Shown piece by piece: positions 53,466 through 64,000 of a stretch of 64,000 nt of DNA. The DNA comes from Octopus vulgaris (lineage: Eukaryota). The stretch is taken from positions 205,468,001 through 205,532,000 of the forward strand of contig OX597815.1 in the NCBI GenBank assembly GCA_951406725.2, written 5' to 3'. The stretch's first letter is position 1; the number at the start of each line of letters is the position of its first letter. Made by a program: the position numbers and the translations under genes. A model generated the notes under the pieces. It made no database searches. It saw nothing but the letters and a program-made list of their open reading frames with translations, and was not told the origin of the DNA.

Positions 53466-54286
53466 TCTGTAATATCAAGGTGGATTGCAGCAATTTAAAA
53501 CCAACAAGGAAATAATTCACTGTCACTAAGAGTGACAAAGGTTCATTGCTAGAAATAGGAACCCTAGTCTCCTTAGCCACAAAGCACATGGTCTCTTTGT
53601 ATTGACAGGAGAGAAAACCCTACCCGCTGTGAACAAGATGCATTAGATTAGCATGCCAATTTTGTATAGGAAATGAATACTTATCAATAATGCTTACTCC
53701 ATCACAACTGATAGAGGCCAACTCACCCTGTCAGTATTATGGAGAATGTCATTGGAATCGATGACTGATTTCACTAAATGGTAATGTGAAAATTATAAAA
53801 TAATCAAGGTGGCTAGCAGAAATTTAAAACCAACAGGGAAATAACTCACCATCACTATATATAAACTGACGAAGGGTATGATCAAGGCCTACTAAAAAAA
53901 TAGAAACTAACCTCTCATCCACATCTCCATGCAAGCTGTAATGGTTTTTGTGAGTACATGGTTTGTACAATTTTTTGTGGGTAGGAAGGAGGCAGGACAT
54001 TTGATAGCAATGTCTTATAACCATATTTTTGTTTATAGAAACCGCACATATTGTAGTTTAACATTTACTAGGCTCTCTTTTACTCTTTTACTTGTTTCAG
54101 TCATTTGACTGCGGCCATGCTGGAGCACCGCCTTTAGTCGAGCAACTCGACCCCGGGACTTATTCTTTTTGTAAGCCCAGTACTTATTCTATCGGTCTCT
54201 TTTTGCCAAACCGCTAAGTGACGGGGACGTAAACACACCAGCATCGGTTGTCAAGCAATGCTAGGGGAACAAACACAGACACACAT

Positions 54287-54317
<31 letters not shown>

Positions 54318-55225
54318 CATATATACGACAGGCTTCTTTCAGTTTCCGTCTACCAAATCCACTCACAAGGCATTGGTCAGCCCGGGGCTATAGCAGAAGA
54401 CACTTGCCCAAGATGCCACGCAGTGGGACTGAACCAGGAACCATGTGGTTGGTTAGCAAGCTACTTACCACACAGCCACTCCTGCACCTATTTGTTACTA
54501 GGCTGTTCTAAATTCATGGAAATATTGCTTATAATTCAAAGCCATGCTATCAAACTTTTGAAAATAGTGACACTACCTTGATAGGTGATGCGTTGGTTGG
54601 CGGTGGTGGGAGGGATGAATAACCAAGAAGAGAGAGATGGAATGATGGTCAGAATTTGATAAGTTCAGAACTTAAGGTTCGTTTATTCGTTATTTCATTA
54701 AAGACTGCATCAACCCTAGTACCTAAGTATCAACCAGGTATTGGGGTCAGTGTAAACGAGTTAACTCTTTATCACATTATAATTACATTAATAATGCTTG
54801 CGGAGCTAATTGGTTTCAGCTTTGTGCTGCAAGAGAAGTTTATTTTCATGAAACAGCTTTAATTTTGAGTAGGCTGCACATTTCTCCAGTTGACTCTCCC
54901 TAAATCTGCTTCATATTAAGCTTGTTAGGTTAGATATAAAACACCTGTTTTCTACCTGTGCACATATGTATTTGCATATGTCAGTTTGTGATTATATATT
55001 ATGTATTTATGTATGTGCGTGTGTGTTTACATATGTATGTGTTTGTGTGTATGTGTGTGTATATATATATGAATCCTCATGCACACACTTGCGACTGAAT
55101 GTATGTATTTGTACATATGTATGTGTATATGTGCACACATACACACACACACAGGGCTTGCATATATCTGTTTTTGTTTGTGTGTGTGTGTAAGTATGTC
55201 TAATGTCCAATCAATTTTATTTCAG

Positions 55226-55429
55226 GCCACTTACCTCAGAAACAGATGGACTACCGTAAGCGGTATCGCACCCTTGCCTCCACCTATGTCACATATAGTC
55301 CAGATGGCTCTGAGCTGTTGGTTAACCTGGGGGGTGAACAAATTTATTTGTTTGATGTAAATAAAAAAAGAAAACCACAAAAGTTTGACACGTCTTTGGT
55401 ACTAGGTAATGCAAATGGCATAGTAAAAG
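55226..55429 (+). CDS. WDTC1: WDTC1-like exon (WD40)
   Basis: tttcag|GC...AAG|gtaag; encodes HLPQKQMDYRKRYRTLASTYVTYSPDGSELLVNLGGEQIYLFD...; phase 1/1. Confidence 0.96.
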
Positions 55430-56407
55430 GTAAGTTTCTTTTTCTTTTTTTTTTTTCACATAGTTTTAACCTGTAACAAGTTCAATCTCTATTTTTCATT
55501 AGCTACTCGTGTTGATTATTCCTAAAATTCATGTTTTTTTCCCTGATAAATGATTCTTAAATAGATATTTTGTATTAGATTTTCAAAGATTTTTAGCTTA
55601 AAACAAAACCCATTACCATCACCACCTTTATTTCAAATACTGTTTTACCATTCCAGAACTACCTGGAAAGGTTTGTAGTTCAGGATCTCCCCTATAGTTC
55701 TTAATCTTATGTAATCTTGTTTATGAGACTCGACAGAACCAGATGGACTACCGTAAGCAGTATCGCACCCTTGCCTCCACCGCCTTGCCTCCAAATCTAT
55801 CTCACCACCTCCTTCCATATTTTCCTTAGCCTGTGACCATAATGGTTACTTTTTACCATCAACCCACAATGCTTTTTCCATTGACATGCATAAGCTGTTG
55901 TAATTGTGTATCCACACCATTGAAGCTGGGGGGTTTTTTTGTGTTATTGTTACTCATTAGCATATACCTTCAGTGCTTGACCACTTTCTCAACTCACTTC
56001 AGCTCAAACCTTTGGTGTAAATTAGTATTGTACATTCAACACACTACAACCAGCTCATAGGCAATTGGTTGAGGTATTAGAGCATAGGATAGATTGCCTT
56101 GCAGTCTTTTCTCTGGCTCTCCCTCTGCTCTGAGTTTCAATTACTACCAAGTTGAACTTTGCACTTCATTCTTATGGAAACAATAAAGTACCAGTCTTCT
56201 ACTGGAATCTATTCTTCTCCTTCTGTCTCATTTTTTCTTTCTGTTTGTCTGTCTCTTTAGATATAAAAATACCTATCATATGCCTTATGTCACAGCTTCA
56301 TCAAGGATTGAGGGCCTAAAGACAAGGCAATCAGCTCATATGTCTTCAGTCGGTGACCATCTCCTTTCTCTGCTTTCCATGTTTGTCTACCATACAACAT
56401 CACATTA

Positions 56408-56456
56408 CTTACATGTACTCTTACATGTACTCTTACACGTACTCTTACATGTACTT
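56408..56456 (+). repeat. 12-bp tandem repeat, about 4 copies
   Basis: (TTACATGTACTC)n. Confidence 0.85.
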
Positions 56457-57254
56457 CATATGATCTGCTTTTGTGAAATATTGAAACAGGCTCTTCTTGA
56501 GTAGTCTTCTTTTTTTTGTTAGTTTTCTTATTAACCAGTATTTAAAGATTTTTTAGCCTTTTCTGTGTTTGTCTTTAGCCTTTTGACCCCAACACACTCG
56601 TCCACATTTTGAACTTTTTTCTGGGTTCTTGAAGGGATTCTACAACGAGGATCATGTCATAAATATCCAACAGTTTCCAGCTCCTCTAAAGCTTGTTTTA
56701 AGTATATTTAATTCCTACATATTCTTTTACTCTTTCACTTGTTTCAGCTTGAGGGCTGTGGCCATACTGGGGCACCACCATTGGTGCTGTTACATCTTCA
56801 TTTCCTCTTTTAATTGTTGGCATTTGGTGAATGAGGGAGTTTGATGTTGCTGCCCTCATCCGTGTTTCCTGCCATGAAGTTGGTTCATCTAGGGCTCTTG
56901 ACAGTAAGAGATCCACTTCTGGTTTGAAGAACTATGGGCCCTTGAATCCTAAACTATTGCAGTATTTGGTCCTTTGATAGCAAGTCTGATATCTTTAGCA
57001 CTATACACTGATACCCTGATGTTAGTATAAATTTTATTGCCAAAGTTTGGGACAATCTTAAATGAAACAGCAATACATAATTTCAGAATCTTGAAATAGT
57101 ATTCCACTGTTTCTAAAATGTACATTCCTGGACGGCTACAAAGGTGTTGTTGTTTAAATGTTTTGCGGGTTTTTATATGATGTAGACTAATTGTTTCAAT
57201 TAACAGTGTTTTGTTATGCTTTCTTTTCATCTTCCTTGTTTGCGATTCCAACAG

Positions 57255-57423
57255 AAGCAACTCTATCAACTAATGGCTTCAGTGTACCACATCGAGCAGG
57301 TACAAATGGAGTTACAACACCAATGGTGCCAAAATCTAGTAGATCAACATCTCCTTCTTCCTCAACAACTTCATTACAAGCAGAAGATGATCCTGAAAAG
57401 TTTAAATGTAGGATTGGGAAAAG
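57255..57423 (+). CDS. WDTC1: WDTC1-like exon (Ser/Thr-rich linker)
   Basis: ccaacag|AA...AG|gtaga; encodes ATLSTNGFSVPHRAGTNGV...KCRIGK; phase 1/2 bridges the flanking exons; the STNG/TNGV motif resembles the vertebrate linker. Confidence 0.85.
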
Positions 57424-57660
57424 GTAGATACGATGTATTCTCCTTTTGTTCTTTTTTGTTTTTTTTTTTTTGTTTTTTTTTTTCCATTTCATAAAATGCG
57501 TTGAAATATAGATACATTGTATCTATATTGTATATGAATGTACACACATGTGCATGCACATGCATACATGTGTGCACACACACACAGGTAAACAGACAGA
57601 CCTAAATATAAATACATAGACAACAAACTCATGCAAGTGTATAACCATACATATACTTAC

Positions 57661-58048
57661 TGGAAGCACTCCGTCGGTTACGACGACGAGGGTTCCGGGT
57701 GATCCGATCAACGGAACAGCCTGCTCGTGAAATTAACGTGTAAGTGGCTGAGCACTCCACAGACACGTGTACCCTTAACGTAGTTCTCGGGGGATATTCA
57801 GCGTGACACAGAGAGTGACAAGGCCAGCCCCTTTGAAATACAGGTACAACAGAAACAGGAAGTAAGAGTGAGAGAAAGTTGTGGTGAAAGAGTACAGCAG
57901 GGATCACCACCATCCCCTGCCGGAGCCTCGTGGAGCATTTTTGGTGTTTTCGCTCAATAAACACTCACAACGCCCGGTCTGGGAATCGAAACCGCGATCC
58001 TATGACCACGAGTCCGCTGCCCTAACCACTGGGCCATTGCGCCTCCAC
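57661..58048 (-). mobile_element. Full-length tRNA-derived SINE
   Basis: Minus-strand head TGGAGGCGCAATGGCCCAGTGGTTAGGG...GGTTTCGATTCCC with A and B boxes. Confidence 0.88.
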
Positions 58049-58600
58049 TTCATATACTTACACACACGCACACACAAACAAACGAACATACATATAGAGG
58101 ATGGTAAGTGGTGACATGGAGGAAGAAGGAAAAGATAAAGAAGTAGAAGGAGAAGGAGAAGTGGAACTTTATCCTACTCATTAATGACATGGCTTGCAGC
58201 ATTACATCATCATTATCATTGTTTAACATCTGTTTTCCGCGCTAGCACGGGTTGGACGGTTCGACCGGGGTCTGAGAAGCCAGGAGGCTGCAGTAGGCTT
58301 CAGTCTGATCTGGCAGTGTTTCTACAGCTGGATGCCCTTCCTAACTCCCTGAGTGTAGTGGGTACATATATTATATAAATGCTTATACACACATACACAA
58401 TGAATTTCTATTAGTTTCTGCCAACCAGATCAATTGACAGGGCTTTGTTAGGCTTGGGACTATAGGGGCTTTAAACATACAAACAAGAAAAAGGTTTATA
58501 TCATTGTGTTTGTCAAATTATCACCTTTCTGACTACTGTTACATATGTTTTTTTTTTCCTTTTGTTTAATCTGAAATCAACAGTATTTTCCCTTTTATAG

Positions 58601-58783
58601 GTATAAACGAGATACCAAACGTTTGTCACCTCCAGTGGAAGCTCTTAAGAAGAAAGCCAACAATTATTTTGAAAAAGACCAATGTAGGAAAGCCATTATT
58701 TTATATAACCAAGCGATTTCAATGATGCCTCATGCTTCAGTTCTCTACGGCAACAGAGCTGCAGCATATATGAAGCGAAAATG
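58601..58783 (+). CDS. WDTC1: WDTC1-like exon (TPR)
   Basis: ttttatag|G...TG|gtaaat; encodes ...LKKKANNYF...AIILYNQAISMMPHASVLYGNRAAAYMKRKW, the WDTC1 TPR signature. The gene continues beyond the window. Confidence 0.97.
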
Positions 58784-59751
58784 GTAAATTCTCTTTATAC
58801 TTACACTTTTTTTGTTTGAAGTTGCATGTACAGAAGGACAAAAATATTCTAGTTCATGTCTACCAACTTTTTCTTGAATTAAAAAGTGGATAAGTATTAA
58901 ACCAATGTCACTTGCACCATTCTAAATGAAGTACAAATAAGATTAGAGTACCAGTCTAAGAGGATAGGATGGCACAATCATTATTGTTGGTCAGTATGCC
59001 TTGCAATATTTGATCCAGCTCTTTTGCATTCTTAGCTCAAATCCTGTTGTAACCTACTTATATGATAAATTTAATCTGTTGATGGTTTAACACCCATTAG
59101 ATGCTTTTTATAGAAGAGCATCTAAAGGTAAACAATTGGGCCAGGCCACCATTTAAGGATACCTCCCTCCCTCTCACGAGTCTTAGAGGCTCTGAAATGG
59201 GCAATAGGCATTGTGTTCCATCTTGAGTAAGTGATAAAAAAAAAAAATGGAATATTGATGAGATTTGTGATGAAATCTTCAATTTTGGGATATTTAGAAA
59301 GAATGCTACAACAATATGAATTATACATAGTTATCAATAATACACAGAATTCACACTTTGTTTTGTTCTTCATTTTTATGTCTGCTTTTTTAATGCTAGC
59401 ATGGGTTAGATGAGTTGGATACCCTTCCTGTTGCTAAGTCTTACCTGCTTGTCAAATAAAGAATCTTAGACAATTTGTTCTCAGGGCAAATGACAACAGC
59501 ATCACTTGTAGCTCAGTTATTTTCAGAGAAGCATAAATATAAACAAACACACACACACACACACACAAAACAGCCTTCCTTCAGTTCCCTTTTTCCAAAC
59601 CCACTTGGTCTGTTTACATCCCATAATTTAAGGATTCAACAAAAGAGACCAGTAGAATAAGTACCAGATTTAAAAAAAAAATAATTACTGAGGTTGATTT
59701 GTTTAACTAAACTTTCCGAGTCAGTCCAATGAATGAAACAAGTAAGAGATA

Positions 59752-62700
59752 AAGGCGGCAAGCTGGCAGAATCGTTAGCACGCCGGGCGAAATGCTTAGC
59801 GGTATTTCGTCTGCCTCTACGTTCTGAGTTCAAATTCCGCTGAGGTCGACTTTGCCTTTCATCCTTTCGGGGTCAATAAATTAAGTACCAGTTACGCACT
59901 GGGGTCGATATAATCGACTTAATCCGTTTCTCTGTCCTTGTTTGTCCTCTCTGTGTTTAGTCCCTTGTGGGTAGTAAAGAAATAGGTATTTCGTCTGCCG
60001 CTACGTTCTGAGTTCAAATTCCGCCGAGGTCGACTTTGCCTTTCATCCTTTTTCGGGGTCAATAAATTAAGTACCACTTACGCACTGGGGTCGATATAAT
60101 GGACTTAATCCGTCTGTCTGTCCTTGTTTGTCCACTTTGTGTTTAGACCCTTGTGGGTAGTAAAGAAATAGGTATTTCGTCTGCCGCTACATTCTGAGTT
60201 CAAATTCCGCCGAGGTTGATTTTGCCTTTCATCCTTTTTCGGGGTCGATAAATTAAGTACCAGTTACGCACTGGGGTCGATGTGATCGACTTAATCCGTT
60301 TGTTTGTCCCCTCTGTGTTTAGCCCCTTGTGGGCAGTAAAGAAATAGGTATTTCGTCTGCCGTTACGTTGTGAGTTTAAATTCCGCCGAGGTCGATTTTA
60401 CCTTTCATCCTTTCGGGGTCAATAAATTAAGTACCAGTTATGCACTGGGGTCGATATAAGCGACTTGATCCATTTGTCTGTCCTTGTTTGTCCTCTCTGT
60501 GTTTAGCCCCTTGTGGGTAGTAAAGAAATAGGTGTATCGTCTGCCGTTACGTTCTGAGTTCAAATTCCGCCGAGGTCGACTTTGCCTTTCATCCTTTCGG
60601 GGTCAATAAATTAAGTACCAGTTACGCACTGGGGTCAATGTAATCGACTTAATCCGTTTGTCTGTCCTTGTTTGTCCTCTCTGTGTTTAGCCCCTTGTGG
60701 GTAGTAAAGAAATAGGTATATCGTCTGCCGTTACGTTCTGAGTTCAAATTCCGCTGAGGTCGACTTTGCCTTTCATCCTTTCGGGGTAGATAAATTAAGT
60801 ATCAGTTACGCACTGGGGTCGATATAAGCGACTTAATCCATTTGTCTGTCCTTGTTTGTCCTCTCTGTGTTTAGCCCCTTGTGGGCAGTAAAGAAATAGG
60901 TATATCATCTGCCGTTAAGTTCAAATTCCGCCGAGGTCGACTTTGCCTTTCATCCTTTCGGGGTAGAGATAAATTAAGTACCAGTTACGCACTGAGGTCG
61001 ATGTAATCGACTTAATCCGTTTGTCTGTCCTTGTTTGTCCTCTCTGTGTTTAGCCCCTTGTGGGTAGTAAAGAAATAGGTATATCGTCTGCCGTTACGTT
61101 CTGAGTTCAAATTCCGCCGAGGTCGACTTTGCCTTTCATCCTTTCGGGGTAGATAAATTAAGTACCAGTTACGCACTGAGGTCGATGTAATCGACTTAAT
61201 CCGTTTGTCTGTCCTTGTTTGTCCTCTCTGTGTTTAGCCCCTTGTGGGTAGTAAAGAAATAGGTATATCGTCTGCCGTTACGTTCTGAGTTCAAATTCCG
61301 CCGAGGTCGACTTTGCCTTTCATCCTTTCGGGGTAGATAAATTAAGTACCAGTTACGCACTGAGGTCGATGTAATCGACTTAATCCGTTTGTCTGTCCTT
61401 GTTTGTCCTCTCTGTGTTTAGCCCCTTGTGGGTAGTAAAGAAATAGGTATATCGTCTGCCGTTACGTTCTGAGTTCAAATTCCGCCGAGGTCGACTTTGC
61501 CTTTCATCCTTTCGGGGTAGATAAATTAAGTACCAGTTACGCACTGAGGTCGATGTAATCGACTTAATCCGTTTGTCTGTCCTTGTTTGTCCTCTCTGTG
61601 TTTAGCCCCTTGTGGGTAGTAAAGAAATAGGTATATCGTCTGCCGTTACGTTCTGAGTTCAAATTCCGCCGAGGTCGACTTTGCCTTTCATCCTTTCGGG
61701 GTAGATAAATTAAGTACCAGTTACGCACTGAGGTCGATATAATGGACTTAATCCGTTTGTCTGTCCTTGTTTGTCCTCTCTGTGTTTAGCCCCTTGTGGG
61801 TAGTAAAGAAATAGGTATATCATCTGCCGTTACGTTCTGAGTTCAAATTCCGCCGAGGTCGACTTTGCCTTTCATCCTTTCGGGTAGATAAATTAAGTAC
61901 CAGTTACGCACTGAGGTCGATGTAATCGACTTAATCCGTTTGTCTGTCCTTGTTTGTCCTCTCTGTGTTTAGCCCCTTGTGGGTAGTAAAGAAATAGGTA
62001 TATCGTCTGCCGTTACGTTCTGAGTTCAAATTCCGCCGAGGTCGACTTTGCCTTTCATCCTTTCGGGTAGATAAATTAAGTACCAGTTACGCACTGAGGT
62101 CGATGTAATCGACTTAATCCGTTTGTCTGTCCTTGTTTGTCCTCTCTGTGTTTAGCCCCTTGTGGGTAGTAAAGAAATAGGTATATCGTCTGCCGTTACG
62201 TTCTGAGTTCAAATTCCGCCGAGGTCGACTTTGCCTTTCATCCTTTCGGGGTAGATAAATTAAGTACCAGTTACGCACTGAGGTCGATATAATGGACTTA
62301 ATCCGTTTGTCTGTCCTTGTTTGTCCTCTCTGTGTTTAGCCCCTTGTGGGTAGTAAAGAAATAGGTATATCATCTGCCGTTACGTTCTGAGTTCAAATTC
62401 CGCCGAGGTCGACTTTGCCTTTCATCCTTTCGGGTAGATAAATTAAGTACCAGTTACGCACTGAGGTCGATGTAATCGACTTAATCCGTTTGTCTGTCCT
62501 TGTTTGTCCTCTCTGTGTTTAGCCCCTTGTGGGTAGTAAAGAAATAGGTATATCGTCTGCCGTTACGTTCTGAGTTCAAATTCCGCCGAGGTCGACTTTG
62601 CCTTTCATCCTTTCGGGTAGATAAATTAAGTACCAGTTACGCACTGAGGTCGATGTAATCGACTTAATCCGTTTGTCTGTCCTTGTTTGTCCTCTCTGTG

Positions 62701-64000
62701 TTTAGCCCCTTGTGGGTAGTAAAGAAATAGGTATATCGTCTGCCGTTACGTTCTGAGTTCAAATTCCGCCGAGGTCGACTTTGCCTTTCATCCTTTCGGG
62801 GTAGATAAATTAAGTACCAGTTACGCACTGAGGTCGATGTAATCGACTTAATCCGTTTGTCTGTCCTTGTTTGTCCTCTCTGTGTTTAGCCCCTTGTGGG
62901 TAGTAAAGAAATAGGTATATCGTCTGCCGTTACGTTCTGAGTTCAAATTCCGCCGAGGTCGACTTTGCCTTTCATCCTTTCGGGGTAGATAAATTAAGTA
63001 CCAGTTACGCACTGAGGTCGATATAATGGACTTAATCCGTTTGTCTGTCCTTGTTTGTCCTCTCTGTGTTTAGCCCCTTGTGGGTAGTAAAGAAATAGGT
63101 ATATCATCTGCCGTTACGTTCTGAGTTCAAATTCCGCCGAGGTCGACTTTGCCTTTCATCCTTTCGGGGTAGATAAATTAAGTACCAGTTACGCACTGAG
63201 GTCGATGTAATCGACTTAATCCGTTTGTCTGTCCTTGTTTGTCCTCTCTGTGTTTAGCCCCTTGTGGGTAGTAAAGAAATAGGTATATCGTCTGCCGTTA
63301 CGTTCTGAGTTCAAATTCCGCCGAGGTCGACTTTGCCTTTCATCCTTTCGGGGTAGATAAATTAAGTACCAGTTACGCACTGAGGTCGATGTAATCGACT
63401 TAATCCGTTTGTCTGTCCTTGTTTGTCCTCTCTGTGTTTAGCCCCTTGTGGGTAGTAAAGAAATAGGTATATCGTCTGCCGTTACGTTCTGAGTTCAAAT
63501 TCCGCCGAGGTCGACTTTGCCTTTCATCCTTTCGGGGTAGATAAATTAAGTACCAGTTACGCACTGAGGTCGATATAATGGACTTAATCCGTTTGTCTGT
63601 CCTTGTTTGTCCTCTCTGTGTTTAGCCCCTTGTGGGTAGTAAAGAAATAGGTATATCATCTGCCGTTACGTTCTGAGTTCAAATTCCGCCGAGGTCGACT
63701 TTGCCTTTCATCCTTTCGGGGTAGATAAATTAAGTACCAGTTACGCACTGAGGTCGATGTAATCGACTTAATCCGTTTGTCTGTCCTTGTTTGTCCTCTC
63801 TGTGTTTAGCCCCTTGTGGGTAGTAAAGAAATAGGTATATCGTCTGCCGTTACGTTCTGAGTTCAAATTCCGCCGAGGTCGACTTTGCCTTTCATCCTTT
63901 CGGGGTAGATAAATTAAGTACCAGTTACGCACTGAGGTCGATGTAATCGACTTAATCCGTTTGTCTGTCCTTGTTTGTCCTCTCTGTGTTTAGCCCCTTG
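59752..64000 (+). repeat. SINE-derived satellite, about 184-bp unit, about 23 copies, running off the window end
   Basis: One family-M SINE head followed by head-to-tail units ggtat(t/a)tcgtctgcc...aaagaaata; unit starts at 61078, 61262 and 61446 give a 184-bp period. Confidence 0.97.

Noticed and set aside
14130-54581. Recurrent short ORFs such as MSSNARGTNTD... and MLGGQTQT...
   Set aside because: Translations of the same SINE family on its antisense strand, not a gene family.
54966-55210. Cys/Val/Tyr- or His/Thr-rich ORFs
   Set aside because: Translations of (TG/TA)n microsatellite.
57990-58048. tRNA-like heads of SINEs as tRNA genes
   Set aside because: They continue into SINE bodies and tails and are dispersed in multiple copies.

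Overview
Repeat-rich, AT-rich eukaryotic DNA. The SINE/RTE repertoire suggests a cephalopod, probably Octopus; this is an inference. The one host gene is a + strand WDTC1/adipose orthologue (WD40 + TPR). Ten coding exons with GT-AG sites and consistent phases lie between 29454 and 58783; the start exon is not securely found and the 3' exons lie beyond the window. The rest is tRNA-derived SINEs, RTE/CR1/HERO-like LINE pieces, non-autonomous Helitrons, piggyBac/hAT/mariner derivatives, Gypsy remnants and two young tandem arrays (87 bp and 184 bp). Main observations: (1) a 479-bp TG..CA insertion with a 5-bp TSD that holds a fold-back LTR end, a 58-nt copy of what looks like mature, modified tRNA-Leu, and an inverted Gypsy protease fragment; (2) two 89-nt homologous exons only 33 nt apart, i.e. 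mutually exclusive exons; (3) a near-canonical minimal type I hammerhead ribozyme at about 24.0 kb; (4) a SINE-derived satellite with higher-order structure. Exon coordinates were read by hand; most repeat boundaries are approximate.
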